This document shows positions 33,758 to 42,480 of a stretch of DNA of 64,000 nucleotides, piece after piece; within the stretch, counting starts at the first letter, position 1; each line of letters begins with the position of its first letter. Below the pieces are notes generated by a model. That model searched no databases and had not been told where the DNA came from. It saw only the letters and a list, made by a program, of their open reading frames with translations. The stretch comes from Actinomycetota bacterium (lineage in GTDB: Bacteria; Actinomycetota; Thermoleophilia; Miltoncostaeales; Miltoncostaeaceae): contig JANMDV010000057.1 of the NCBI GenBank assembly GCA_031376485.1, positions 14,092 through 78,091 on the forward strand, written 5' to 3'. Made by a program: the position numbers and the translations under genes.

Positions 33758-34735
33758 TTACACGGGCGGCGTCGAGAGTCCTGCCCCGGTGCGTTCGGAT
33801 TCCACGACCCGATCAATCCGCGCGGCGACCTCATCGACATCGCGGCGCAGGTGGTTACGCTGGATCATCTCGCTGACCAAACCGATCGTGAAGAGCTGGA
33901 CCCCGACGACCGTCAGGAGCACCCCGAGCTGCAGGAGCGGTCGCTGCCCGATCGAACTGCCCAGGATCTTGACGATCGCGAGATACAGCGAGATGCCGAT
34001 GCCGACGATCGTGAAGACCAGGCCGAGCCCGCCGAACAGGTGCATCGGCCGCCACCGAAACCGTCCGATGAACATGATCGTCAGAAGGTCGAGGAACCCC
34101 CGCACATAGCGTTCGAGGCCGTACTTGGACACGCCGAACCTGCGCGGGCGATGGTTGACCGCCATCTCCCGGACCCGGTAGCCCTCGGCGGCGGCCATGA
34201 CCGGGATGTAGCGGTACAGGTCCCCTGACAGGGACAGGGACTTGACGACCTCGGCGCGATAGGCCTTGAGGCCACAGTTGAGGTCGTGCAGCGCGAGCCC
34301 GGACAGCTTGTTGGTGACGCCGTTGAACACCTTGGACGCCGCGCGCTTGGTCCACGGATCCCGGCGATCGGCCTTCCATCCGCTGATCAGGTCGGCGCCG
34401 TCCTCGAGCGCCGCGAGCATCGCCGGGATCTCGCCGGGGTCGTCTTGCAGATCCGCGTCCATCGTCACCACCATGCCGCCGGTCGCGTGGCGAAACCCCG
34501 CCATCAGGGCCGCGCCCTTGCCGAAGTTCCGCCGCAGCACGACGACCCGGACCTCGGGTTCGGCGGCCGCAAGCTGCTCCAAGAGTTCCGTGCTGCCGTC
34601 TGTCGACCCGTCATCGACGAACACCACCTCGGCGGGGCGACCCAGCGCACGCACGACGGGCAGCACCTCGTCGAGAAGCGGACGCAGTGACTCCCGCTCG
34701 TTGTACACCGGGATCACAAGGGAGATGGATTCCAC
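33758..34735 (-). CDS. GT2 polyprenyl-phosphate glycosyltransferase (GtrB/DPM1-like) with two C-terminal TMS
   Basis: Part of track ORF 33758..35113. The GTG 34735 start gives VESISLVIPVYNE. Also DDGSTDGS and DADLQDDP. Confidence 0.85.
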   Translation of the reverse strand: MESISLVIPVYNERESLRPLLDEVLPVVRALGRPAEVVFVDDGSTDGSTELLEQLAAAEPEVRVVVLRRNFGKGAALMAGFRHATGGMVVTMDADLQDDPGEIPAMLAALEDGADLISGWKADRRDPWTKRAASKVFNGVTNKLSGLALHDLNCGLKAYRAEVVKSLSLSGDLYRYIPVMAAAEGYRVREMAVNHRPRRFGVSKYGLERYVRGFLDLLTIMFIGRFRWRPMHLFGGLGLVFTIVGIGISLYLAIVKILGSSIGQRPLLQLGVLLTVVGVQLFTIGLVSEMIQRNHLRRDVDEVAARIDRVVESERTGAGLSTPPV

Positions 34736-34742
34736 CGGACGG

Positions 34743-34752
34743 ACTATATGGT
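34743..34752. promoter_or_regulatory. back-to-back -10 elements in a 23-bp divergent intergenic region
   Basis: ACTATATGGT: TATGGT (+ strand) lies 6 nt upstream of the moeA GTG at 34759. TATAGT (- strand) lies 7 nt upstream of the GT2 GTG at 34735. Both fit TANNNT. Confidence 0.4.
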
Positions 34753-34758
34753 CCGGGC

Positions 34759-35955
34759 GTGGCGGACCTGTTGTCCTATGACGAAGCGCTTGCCGTCGTC
34801 CTCGCGGCGTGCCGGCCCGTGGCGACGGAGCGGATCCCGTTGGCAGAGGCCGCGGGACGGGTGCTGGCGGTCGCGCCAGGGGTGACAATGGCGTTGCCGC
34901 CGTTTGCCAACAGCGCGATGGACGGGTTCGCGTTTCGGATCGCCGACGTCCCCCCCGGGGGAGCGCGATTGCCGCTCGATCCCGGTGTTCCGGCGGGCAC
35001 GGAGCCGGCGCCGCTCCGGCCTGGTTTCGCGGTGCCGATCGCGACGGGTGGTCCGATTCCGATCGGCGCCGACACGGTGGTGGCGATCGAGGACGCGATC
35101 CGTGTCGACGCACACTTGCAGGTGCCGGGGGGACTCACCGGCGGGGCGCATGTACGGGTGGCCGGAAGCGACCTGCCGGTCGGTCCTTCGCCGCTCGCCA
35201 CAGGCATCCCCCTGGACTCCGCGGCGGGCGCGGTGCTGGCAGCGATCGGGGCCGTCGAGGTCGAGGTGTTCCGGAGGCCGGTCATCACGGTCCTGGCCAC
35301 CGGCTCCGAGCTCGTCCCCCCGAGCGCAACCCCGGGCCCGGCGCAGATCCGTGATGCCAACTCCACCGCGCTGGCCTGGGCGCACACCCGCGCGGGCGGC
35401 GCGGTACGGCAGATGGGAATCGCCGCCGACGATTCGGAAACGCTCCGCCGGTTGCTCGAGGATGCGCTCCGTGCCGATGTCGTCATCACGTGTGCAGGCG
35501 TGTCGGTCGGGGAGCGGGACCTTGTGCGGGCAACGCTGGGCGAGCTGGGGGTCGAGCCGCGGTTCTGGGGGATCGACCTGAAACCTGGCAAGCCCATCGC
35601 ATTCGGCATGGCGGGCGACATCCCGGTCATCGCACTGCCCGGAAACCCCGCTTCGGCGCTCGTGTGCTCCGCGCTCATCGCCGAGCCCGCCACCCGGGCG
35701 CGCGCCGGCTGGTCGGCGCCCGCACCGGACTGGGAGATGGCGACGGCCGGGCAGGGCTGGCCTGTCGCAGAGGGCCGCATGCACGCAGTCCGCTGCCGGC
35801 TCGACGCGGGGGACGACGGGCCGATCGCCACCCCGACCGGCGATCAGCGCTCGCACCGCATCGGGTCCATGGTCGGCGCGACCGCGTTGGCCATGATCGA
35901 GGAGCGCCACCAGGTGCGCCCCGGCGAGCGCGTGCGCGTCACCCGCATCGGTTGA
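34759..35955 (+). CDS. moeA: molybdopterin molybdenumtransferase
   Basis: Track ORF 34687..35955. The GTG 34759 start gives VADLLSYDEALAVV. Also PPFANSAMDGFA and IATGGPIPIGADTVV. Confidence 0.88.
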   Translation: MADLLSYDEALAVVLAACRPVATERIPLAEAAGRVLAVAPGVTMALPPFANSAMDGFAFRIADVPPGGARLPLDPGVPAGTEPAPLRPGFAVPIATGGPIPIGADTVVAIEDAIRVDAHLQVPGGLTGGAHVRVAGSDLPVGPSPLATGIPLDSAAGAVLAAIGAVEVEVFRRPVITVLATGSELVPPSATPGPAQIRDANSTALAWAHTRAGGAVRQMGIAADDSETLRRLLEDALRADVVITCAGVSVGERDLVRATLGELGVEPRFWGIDLKPGKPIAFGMAGDIPVIALPGNPASALVCSALIAEPATRARAGWSAPAPDWEMATAGQGWPVAEGRMHAVRCRLDAGDDGPIATPTGDQRSHRIGSMVGATALAMIEERHQVRPGERVRVTRIG

Positions 35956-36003
35956 CACGAGGCCGCCTCGGCGTCCACGGTTCAATCCGGGCCCGGCCTC
36001 AGG

Positions 36004-36747
36004 TCAGGGGCTCTTCTTCTTCCTCTTCTTTTTCTTCTTCTTCGGCACGGACCCGTCGTGTGGGGAGTCGTCGGGCGCCACAGGCGTGGTTGGGGCCGGG
36101 TCCTGCGCAATCACCGGCGCCGGCTTGGCGCGGACAGACTCGCGCCCTGTGCCGGCGACGGCCACAGGTGCCGCGGCGCGCCCGGACAGCCCGATCGCCG
36201 ACAGGACCTCCGTACGCCATGTCTCGGCGAACCCGGGTGCATCCGGATCGACGCCCAGCAGACGTGCGGCGCCCGGGTGAGAGATGGGGAACCAGCACAT
36301 CGCGAGCCCGACGAGCGCAGCACGGTCGCGGTCCGGGCCGAGCCCCTCGAGCGCGTCGCGAAGTGCCTCCGCATGGGGCTCGCCGGCCACGGCGCCGTCC
36401 GCGCGGTCGATGAGCCGCACAAGCGACGCACGTGATGTGAGGAGGGACAGGAACGCGTCGACGGTCTGGCTGACCCGCTCGGCCGGCGTACGGCCCCCCA
36501 CGGCATCGCGGACACGCAGGGTCTCGGCCAACATGCGCATGGTCGCAGCCGCGCGCCCCACCACGACCTGGTGCAGGGCCTCCTTGGACCCAAAGAAGTA
36601 GCCCGGCGTCCCCCGCGAGACACCGGCGGCCGCACCGACCTGCGCCATCGTGACGGCGTCGTAGCCGTGCTCGGCGAACAGGGATTCGGCGGCGTCCAGA
36701 ATGGCGGCGCGTGAACGATCCGCGTCGCGCTGTCTGGGTTGTTCCAC
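36004..36747 (-). CDS. TetR-family transcriptional regulator with poly-Lys C-terminal tail
   Basis: Track ORF 36004..36747. HTH region RAAILDAAESLFAEHGYDAVTMAQVGAAAGVSRGTPGYFF. The C-terminus is PKKKKKKRKKKSP. Confidence 0.88.
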   Translation of the reverse strand: MEQPRQRDADRSRAAILDAAESLFAEHGYDAVTMAQVGAAAGVSRGTPGYFFGSKEALHQVVVGRAAATMRMLAETLRVRDAVGGRTPAERVSQTVDAFLSLLTSRASLVRLIDRADGAVAGEPHAEALRDALEGLGPDRDRAALVGLAMCWFPISHPGAARLLGVDPDAPGFAETWRTEVLSAIGLSGRAAAPVAVAGTGRESVRAKPAPVIAQDPAPTTPVAPDDSPHDGSVPKKKKKKRKKKSP

Positions 36748-36782
36748 GGTCCTCCGATCCCACGAACTTGCCGAACGCCAAG

Positions 36783-38510
36783 CTACCGCGCGTGTCGGAT
36801 GGCACGGGTGCCCCCGCGGCCCCGCACCAACCCCTTGCGCGCGCGAAACGCGACCAACGTGCTGAGTGACCAGACGCAGACGCCGACGAGGACCGCGAGA
36901 ATCGGCCCGGCCAAGCCCCTGGCACCCGAGACCGACGTCTCACAGAGGTACCAGACCGCAAACACGGGGTTACGGTCGATGTCCGAGGCGGTCATCAGCA
37001 CCACTGCGATCGGCGCCGACAGCGCAAGGGCCGCGAGGGCTCCGACGTGCCACCGGCGGGGCACGACCGTCGCCGCGAGCGCCGCGTGCGCCGCGGGCAG
37101 GATCAGCACGAGCGCAAAGGGGGTGAACCACCACGCGACGAGCGTGATGAGCCCGAGCCACACGAGCGCGCCTGCCGCCTCGGCCGGGGAGTTCGCGCCG
37201 GTGGCGATGACGCGCGGACGCACCCACAGCCACACGACCAGCGCCACAAGCGCCAGGAACAGCATCACGAGCACCGCGCGCCCACCCACAGCGAGTTCGG
37301 CGGGCGACGGCGGGCGACCGACGTTCGGTGGCCGCAGTACCCCCCACATCGTCATCAGGTGCGCCAGAAGGAGCACCGCAAGCGGGGTGACGAACCGCCA
37401 CGCGACGGCTCGCAGCCCCACTGAGAGCCGCACCCGGGCCCTGCGGACGCGGGCGGCCGCGTCGAGCGCCATCACCAGGAGCGGAAGTGCGAGCAAGAGC
37501 AGCGCAAGGCGACCGACCGAGGGGCGCAGCACCCTCCCGGCGTAGGCAAGCGCAGCGTCAGGGCTGTTGGCACGCTCGATCGCATCGATGCGGTTGATCA
37601 GGTGGAGCGTCGCGGTCCCCGCGGCGCCGACCCGCAGCGGGTCGAGCGGCGACGTATCGGCCACCGGCACGGACTCGTCGCGTCCCGAAAGCGTCACGGC
37701 CGGAATCCCGAGATCGATCGCTGCACGTTGATCACCACGGGTCTCGGGTGCCGCCAGACGCACGAGTTGCTCTCCGAACGAGGGGAGGGGGCTGGCGACA
37801 AAACCTGCGCTTTGCATCGAACGCTCCGCCAATTGACGCAGCGCGAGGGCCTGCCTGCCCGCGCCCTCGGACCAGAGGTGGAACTCACGACCCGTCCCCT
37901 CGGCGGGAGCATCCAGGATGACCACGCCCGCGATACGAGAACGCTCCACGCTTCTGAGGTACCAGCGAAGCCCGGCGTTGCCGAGCGACGTCCCGTCGAC
38001 CGACAGGAAGATGAGCCGATGGCGATACCTGCTCTTCGCCGCCGTACGGGCGAGTTCGACGAGTATCGCCGTACTGGACGCGCCGACCGCCACCCCACGG
38101 GGAGTGTCGCGACGGGCGACGATCAGGATGTTGCGCTGGGACCTGGCCTCCGCCGTGGCCGGCTGCGTGAAGAACACATTCGCCAGTGAGAGTTCGGCTC
38201 CGCGTGCCCGTGCGAGAAAGGGCTGGACGGCGACGCGGTTGCCCTGGTCGAGCTCGTCGAAGCGCGCCCGGACCCACTCGGTGCCCGCCCGGGCCCCCGA
38301 TGTCCCCGGCGCACGCGCCGGTGCGACCTTTGCGAGATCCGCCGCCGCCCTGACGGCGTCCGCCGCAATGAACGTCGCGACCCCACTGGGTTCGACATCC
38401 TCCGAGGGCGGCTCGAGGGTCAGGAACGCCACGAGCAGTGCGACGACCGCCACGAGCCAAGCTTGGAGATAGAGCCGTCTGTTGAGCATTCGGAGGGAGC
38501 CACGGGCCAC
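36783..38510 (-). CDS. membrane protein with extracytoplasmic M28-peptidase-like domain and multi-TMS C-terminal half
   Basis: Track ORF 36783..38510. N-terminal anchor, then a segment NILIVARRDTP...LIFLSVDGTSLGNAGLRWY resembling M28/PA-type peptidases, then about 8 TMS. Confidence 0.5.
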   Translation of the reverse strand: MARGSLRMLNRRLYLQAWLVAVVALLVAFLTLEPPSEDVEPSGVATFIAADAVRAAADLAKVAPARAPGTSGARAGTEWVRARFDELDQGNRVAVQPFLARARGAELSLANVFFTQPATAEARSQRNILIVARRDTPRGVAVGASSTAILVELARTAAKSRYRHRLIFLSVDGTSLGNAGLRWYLRSVERSRIAGVVILDAPAEGTGREFHLWSEGAGRQALALRQLAERSMQSAGFVASPLPSFGEQLVRLAAPETRGDQRAAIDLGIPAVTLSGRDESVPVADTSPLDPLRVGAAGTATLHLINRIDAIERANSPDAALAYAGRVLRPSVGRLALLLLALPLLVMALDAAARVRRARVRLSVGLRAVAWRFVTPLAVLLLAHLMTMWGVLRPPNVGRPPSPAELAVGGRAVLVMLFLALVALVVWLWVRPRVIATGANSPAEAAGALVWLGLITLVAWWFTPFALVLILPAAHAALAATVVPRRWHVGALAALALSAPIAVVLMTASDIDRNPVFAVWYLCETSVSGARGLAGPILAVLVGVCVWSLSTLVAFRARKGLVRGRGGTRAIRHAR

Positions 38511-38544
38511 ACGTGGGCCCTACTTGCTAGCACGGTGGACCATA

Positions 38545-38725
38545 CGCCGCATTCACCACGGCTCTTGGTCGGCCTATTCCTGGCCCTTCGGGCCACTCAA
38601 ACGCTGACTGCGGCTGGACTTCCAAACGCCGCATTCACCACGGCTCTTGGTCGGCCTATTCCTGGCCCTTCGGGCCACTCAAACGCTGACTGCGGCTGGA
38701 TTTCCAAACGCCGCATTCATTATTC
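38545..38725. repeat. 82-bp tandem direct repeat, about 2.2 copies
   Basis: Units at 38545-38626 and 38627-38708 differ at one base. A third unit keeps only the first 11 nt. Each unit contains the hairpin TGGCCCTTCGGGCCA. Confidence 0.9.
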
Positions 38726-38806
38726 ATTACGGCGGGCTCTGCAGTCGGCCCTCCTCAGGGTGGCTGGGTAGAGTGTCGTGCCGACGTCGGAAGCGGGCCC
38801 CACGAC

Positions 38807-40288
38807 ATGCAGTCACTGATCCTCGTGTCAAATCGCGGCCCTGCCACGTTCGAGCGGCGGGGGCGGCGTCCGCGCACCGTCACGCGCGGTGGTGGTGGGC
38901 TTGTCAGCGCGCTGTCGGGGCTGATCGAGCACACCCCGGCACTGTGGGTGTCGGCCGCGATCACACCCGAGGACGCGGTGGTGGCAGAGGAGGCCGGCGG
39001 CGGCTCGTTCGCCCTTCCCGACATCGGTGTCGGTACGCGGGGCCGGTTCGTCGTGCTCGACCCGGAGACCTACCACGCGTACTACAACGTCATCGCCAAC
39101 CCAATGCTGTGGTTCATCCAGCACTACCTGTGGGACCTCTCGAACGCCCCGGATGTGCGCCGGCAGGAGTTGGACGCATGGGAGTACGGCTATGTGGCGG
39201 CCAACCACGCGTTTGCCGAGGCGGTGATCGCCGAGCTCCCCGCGCAGGCGGAGACCGTCGTGATGATCCACGACTACCACCTGTACGTCGCGCCCAGCAT
39301 CATCCGGGCAGCGCGTCCTGACGCACTCCTGCATTTCTTCGTCCACATCCCATGGCCCCAGCCGGACGCGTGGCGGGTGCTGCCCCCGCACATCCGCGAG
39401 ACGATTCTGCGCGGGCTCTTGGCCAACGACATCGTGTCGTTTCACACCCGCCGCTATGCCCGCAACTTTCTGTTGACGTGCGAGGAACTCTTGGACATCC
39501 GCGTCGACTACCGGCGACGCCAGGTCTCGTGGGACGGGCGAGACGTGTGGATCCGCTCGTATCCGATCTCGATCAACGCCCCGATGTTCCAGAAGATGTC
39601 CCAAAGCCCCGAGGTCGCCGTCGAGGAGAAGCACGTCCTGCGCCGCCGTCGCAAGTACATGGTCTGCCGTGTCGACCGCACGGATCTGTCCAAGAACATC
39701 CTGCGCGGGTTCAAGGCGTTCGACCGTTTCTTGGATCAGCACCCCGAGTTCGCCGAACAGATCACGTTCACGGCCATGCTGCAGCCGTCACGCCAGGACG
39801 TAGACGAGTACGTGGAATACGTCCAGAAGATCCGCGACCTGGTCAGCTACATCAACACCAAGCACGGCAACACCGACTGGATGCCGATCGACCTGCGCTT
39901 CGAGAGCAACCTGGCCCGTGCCGTCGCGATTTACAAACACTACGACGTCTTGATGGTCAACCCGGTATTCGACGGGATGAACCTTGTCGCCAAGGAGGCG
40001 CCGATCGTCAACGAACGCGACGGCGTGCTGATCCTGTCCGAGAACACCGGGGCACACGAGGAGATCGGGTCGTTCGCGCTGTCGGTCAACCCCTTCGACA
40101 TCGAATCGCAGGCGGCGGCGCTGTACGAGGCGTTGACGATGGATCCGGCCGAGCGCGCCAGCCGTGCCGACCAGATGCGCCGAATCGTCAACGAGAACGA
40201 CGTGACGAAGTGGCTTGCCGCCCAGCAGACCGACATCGCGCGTAAGCAGAGCAAGGCGCATGCCACCCCCACGAAGCGAGAAGAATGA
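38807..40288 (+). CDS. otsA: alpha,alpha-trehalose-phosphate synthase (GT20)
   Basis: Track ORF 38807..40288. N-terminus LILVSNRGP, and GT20 features throughout (HDYHL, VGKIDR-like CRVDRTDLSKNI). Confidence 0.9.
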   Translation: MQSLILVSNRGPATFERRGRRPRTVTRGGGGLVSALSGLIEHTPALWVSAAITPEDAVVAEEAGGGSFALPDIGVGTRGRFVVLDPETYHAYYNVIANPMLWFIQHYLWDLSNAPDVRRQELDAWEYGYVAANHAFAEAVIAELPAQAETVVMIHDYHLYVAPSIIRAARPDALLHFFVHIPWPQPDAWRVLPPHIRETILRGLLANDIVSFHTRRYARNFLLTCEELLDIRVDYRRRQVSWDGRDVWIRSYPISINAPMFQKMSQSPEVAVEEKHVLRRRRKYMVCRVDRTDLSKNILRGFKAFDRFLDQHPEFAEQITFTAMLQPSRQDVDEYVEYVQKIRDLVSYINTKHGNTDWMPIDLRFESNLARAVAIYKHYDVLMVNPVFDGMNLVAKEAPIVNERDGVLILSENTGAHEEIGSFALSVNPFDIESQAAALYEALTMDPAERASRADQMRRIVNENDVTKWLAAQQTDIARKQSKAHATPTKREE

Positions 40289-40758
40289 CCGACGACAAGT
40301 CGCACCTGGACAAACACGGCAATGCCCGCATGGTGGGGGTCGGGCACAAACCGATACAGATCCGCCGCGCCCGCGCCTGGGCCCAAGTCAAGATGACCAC
40401 GGACGCAGCGCGCGCGATCAGCGACGGCGCCCTGCCCAAGGGTGACGCCGCAGCCGTCGCCCGCATCGCCGGGATCATGGCGGCCAAGCGCACATCGGAT
40501 CTGATCCCGTTGTGCCATCCGCTGCCGATCGAGCGGGTGGCGGTCGACGTGACGAGCGCACCCGACGAGGGCCTGGTCACGATCGAGGCGACGGTCGAGA
40601 CATCGGCCAAGACCGGCGTCGAGATGGAGGCCCTGACCGCCGCGGCGATCGCTGCGCTCGCCATCTACGACATGGTCAAGGGTGTCGATCGCGGGGTCGA
40701 GATCGTCGGTGTCCGCCTGCTCGAAAAAACCAAGCAGGATCTCGTCGAAGCCCCGTGA
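40285..40758 (+). CDS. moaC: cyclic pyranopterin monophosphate synthase
   Basis: Track ORF 40285..40758. HLDKHGNARMVGVGHKP and LIPLCHPL. ATGA overlap with otsA. Confidence 0.92.
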   Translation: MTDDKSHLDKHGNARMVGVGHKPIQIRRARAWAQVKMTTDAARAISDGALPKGDAAAVARIAGIMAAKRTSDLIPLCHPLPIERVAVDVTSAPDEGLVTIEATVETSAKTGVEMEALTAAAIAALAIYDMVKGVDRGVEIVGVRLLEKTKQDLVEAP

Positions 40759-41261
40759 ACCTGGCCATCGTCACCGTGTCAACCCGGGCCGCGGCAGGCA
40801 TCTATGACGATCGCTCAGGCGAACTGCTCGTCGCGCTCGCCACGGGCGCCGGCCACGCCGTCGTCCGCCGCGAGCTGGTGCCTGACGGCGAGGCGCAGCT
40901 CGCCGAGCTGCTGCGGACGCTGTGCACCGACCCCGCGGTCGACCTGGTGATCACGACCGGGGGAACGGGCCTGACGCCGATGGACCGCACACCGGAGGCC
41001 ACAGCGACGATCTGCGACCGCATCGTTCCCGGTATCGGCGAGGCGATACGCAACGCGTCGGTCGCGACCGTTCCCTACGCGATGCTCTCGCGAGGGATCG
41101 CCGGCATCTGCGACGAAACCCTGATCGTCAACCTGCCGGGCTCGCCCGGGGGCGCAGCCGACGGGTGGGCCGTCGTCGCCGGGGTCGCAGCGCACGCGGT
41201 TTCGCAGATCCGGGGCGGCGATCATCCGCCTCCGGGGCTGTCAAGCCGCGACGGCTCCTGA
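40755..41261 (+). CDS. MoaB/Mog-type molybdopterin adenylyltransferase domain protein
   Basis: The C-terminal part of track ORF 40512..41261. The GTG 40755 start overlaps the moaC stop (GTGA). TTGGTG and LPGSP motifs present. Confidence 0.85.
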   Translation: MNLAIVTVSTRAAAGIYDDRSGELLVALATGAGHAVVRRELVPDGEAQLAELLRTLCTDPAVDLVITTGGTGLTPMDRTPEATATICDRIVPGIGEAIRNASVATVPYAMLSRGIAGICDETLIVNLPGSPGGAADGWAVVAGVAAHAVSQIRGGDHPPPGLSSRDGS

Positions 41262-41384
41262 CCGATACTCAATTGCATGCAGGAAGTTCCCTGCCGAGAC
41301 CCAACCTCTGAGTGAGGGTGTCGTTCGTTCGCGCCCGCGACCGGGCTGCCCGCTCAATCCGCATACGTGCCAAAGGAGATCCCC

Positions 41385-42332
41385 TTGCGTCGACGCCACC
41401 GGTTCGTTCTCGTCCCCCTCGCCCTGTTCGGCCTCGTCGGAGCCGGATGCGGCGGCGGTGACAGCGCAGCGGACAAATCGCCGACCCCGGCGGCGTCCTC
41501 GGGCGATGCCAAGACGATCCTCTCGTCGGTCACACTCTCCACCCAACAGGGACCCCAGAAGATCGACCTCGAGGTCGGGGTCACGCTGAAGGGGACACTC
41601 AAAGAGCCGATGCTGGCGGCATTCCTGGGCGACGGCGCAATCTCTTTGAACCTCAGCGGTCCGATCGACCCGGCGGCCAAGGCGGCCGACCTGACGTTCG
41701 ACGTCAAAGCGGGCAAAGTCAACCTGGCCGGCGGGCTCCGTCTGGCCGGCGACAAGGCGTTCCTGAAGCTCAAAGACAAGTGGTACGCACTGCCCGCCGA
41801 CGCGCTCAAGGGCACATCGAGCGGGGCCGAGAACATCGACCCCACCAAGATTCTGGCGGCCCTCGGCGACCCGAGCGAACTGATCGACGACGTCGTCGTC
41901 GTGGGCACCGAGGACATCGAGGGCATCACCACCGACCACCTCACCGGCGATCTGGACATGGCGGCGCTCGTCAAGGCCATCGCCCGCATCGCGGAGTCGC
42001 TCGGCCCCGGCGCGACCGGACCCATCGATGCCAAGGAGATCGCCAAAGCGACCGCGCAAATCGAAAAATCCGTCACGAACGCCAAAGTGGCGCTGTGGAT
42101 CGGTCGCGAGGACAAGCAGGTCCATCGCTTCAAGATCGACCTGAGCGCGGTCCTGGACGACACGACCAAGGCGTCGAGCGGACTCGATGGGCTGGACGTC
42201 GCGGCAACCCTGACGTCGACCCCCACGGATTCGCCCAAGGTCGAAGCCCCGGAGGGAGCCGGCACGGAGAAAGATCTGCAGACCGACATCCTCCCGATCC
42301 TGCTCGGCGGTTTGGGCGGCGCAACGCCGTAG
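41385..42332 (+). CDS. hypothetical secreted/lipoprotein-like protein
   Basis: Track ORF 41367..42332. TTG 41385 lies 6 nt after AAGGAG. The signal sequence RRRHRFVLVPLALFGLVGAGCGG has a lipobox-like AGC. Confidence 0.6.
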   Translation: MRRRHRFVLVPLALFGLVGAGCGGGDSAADKSPTPAASSGDAKTILSSVTLSTQQGPQKIDLEVGVTLKGTLKEPMLAAFLGDGAISLNLSGPIDPAAKAADLTFDVKAGKVNLAGGLRLAGDKAFLKLKDKWYALPADALKGTSSGAENIDPTKILAALGDPSELIDDVVVVGTEDIEGITTDHLTGDLDMAALVKAIARIAESLGPGATGPIDAKEIAKATAQIEKSVTNAKVALWIGREDKQVHRFKIDLSAVLDDTTKASSGLDGLDVAATLTSTPTDSPKVEAPEGAGTEKDLQTDILPILLGGLGGATP

Positions 42333-42480
42333 CCATCTCGCTCGCGGGTTCCGGCAGCCACGACCGCCGGAACCCGCGTCGGCACACGAGTTCCCCTGCG
42401 CGACCGTTTTCGGGACTCCCGGCCACACTGGGGTACCCTTGCGCGCGATGCCCAGTCCGCACCGCCTCGAGATCTCTGCA

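Noticed and set aside
35970-36000. A tRNA-like T-arm sequence, GGTTCAATCCGGGCC, between moeA and the TetR gene.
   Set aside because: The flanking bases do not form a T-stem, and no acceptor, D or anticodon arms can be drawn. I found no tRNA or rRNA anywhere in the window.
38463-39321. Track ORFs 38463..38771 and 38647..39321, which span the 82-bp tandem repeat.
   Set aside because: The repeated peptide segments derive from the DNA duplication. There is no ribosome-binding site, and the second ORF runs into otsA in a different frame.
40200-40290. A Moco riboswitch upstream of moaC.
   Set aside because: moaC overlaps the otsA stop codon, so there is no leader in which a riboswitch could reside.
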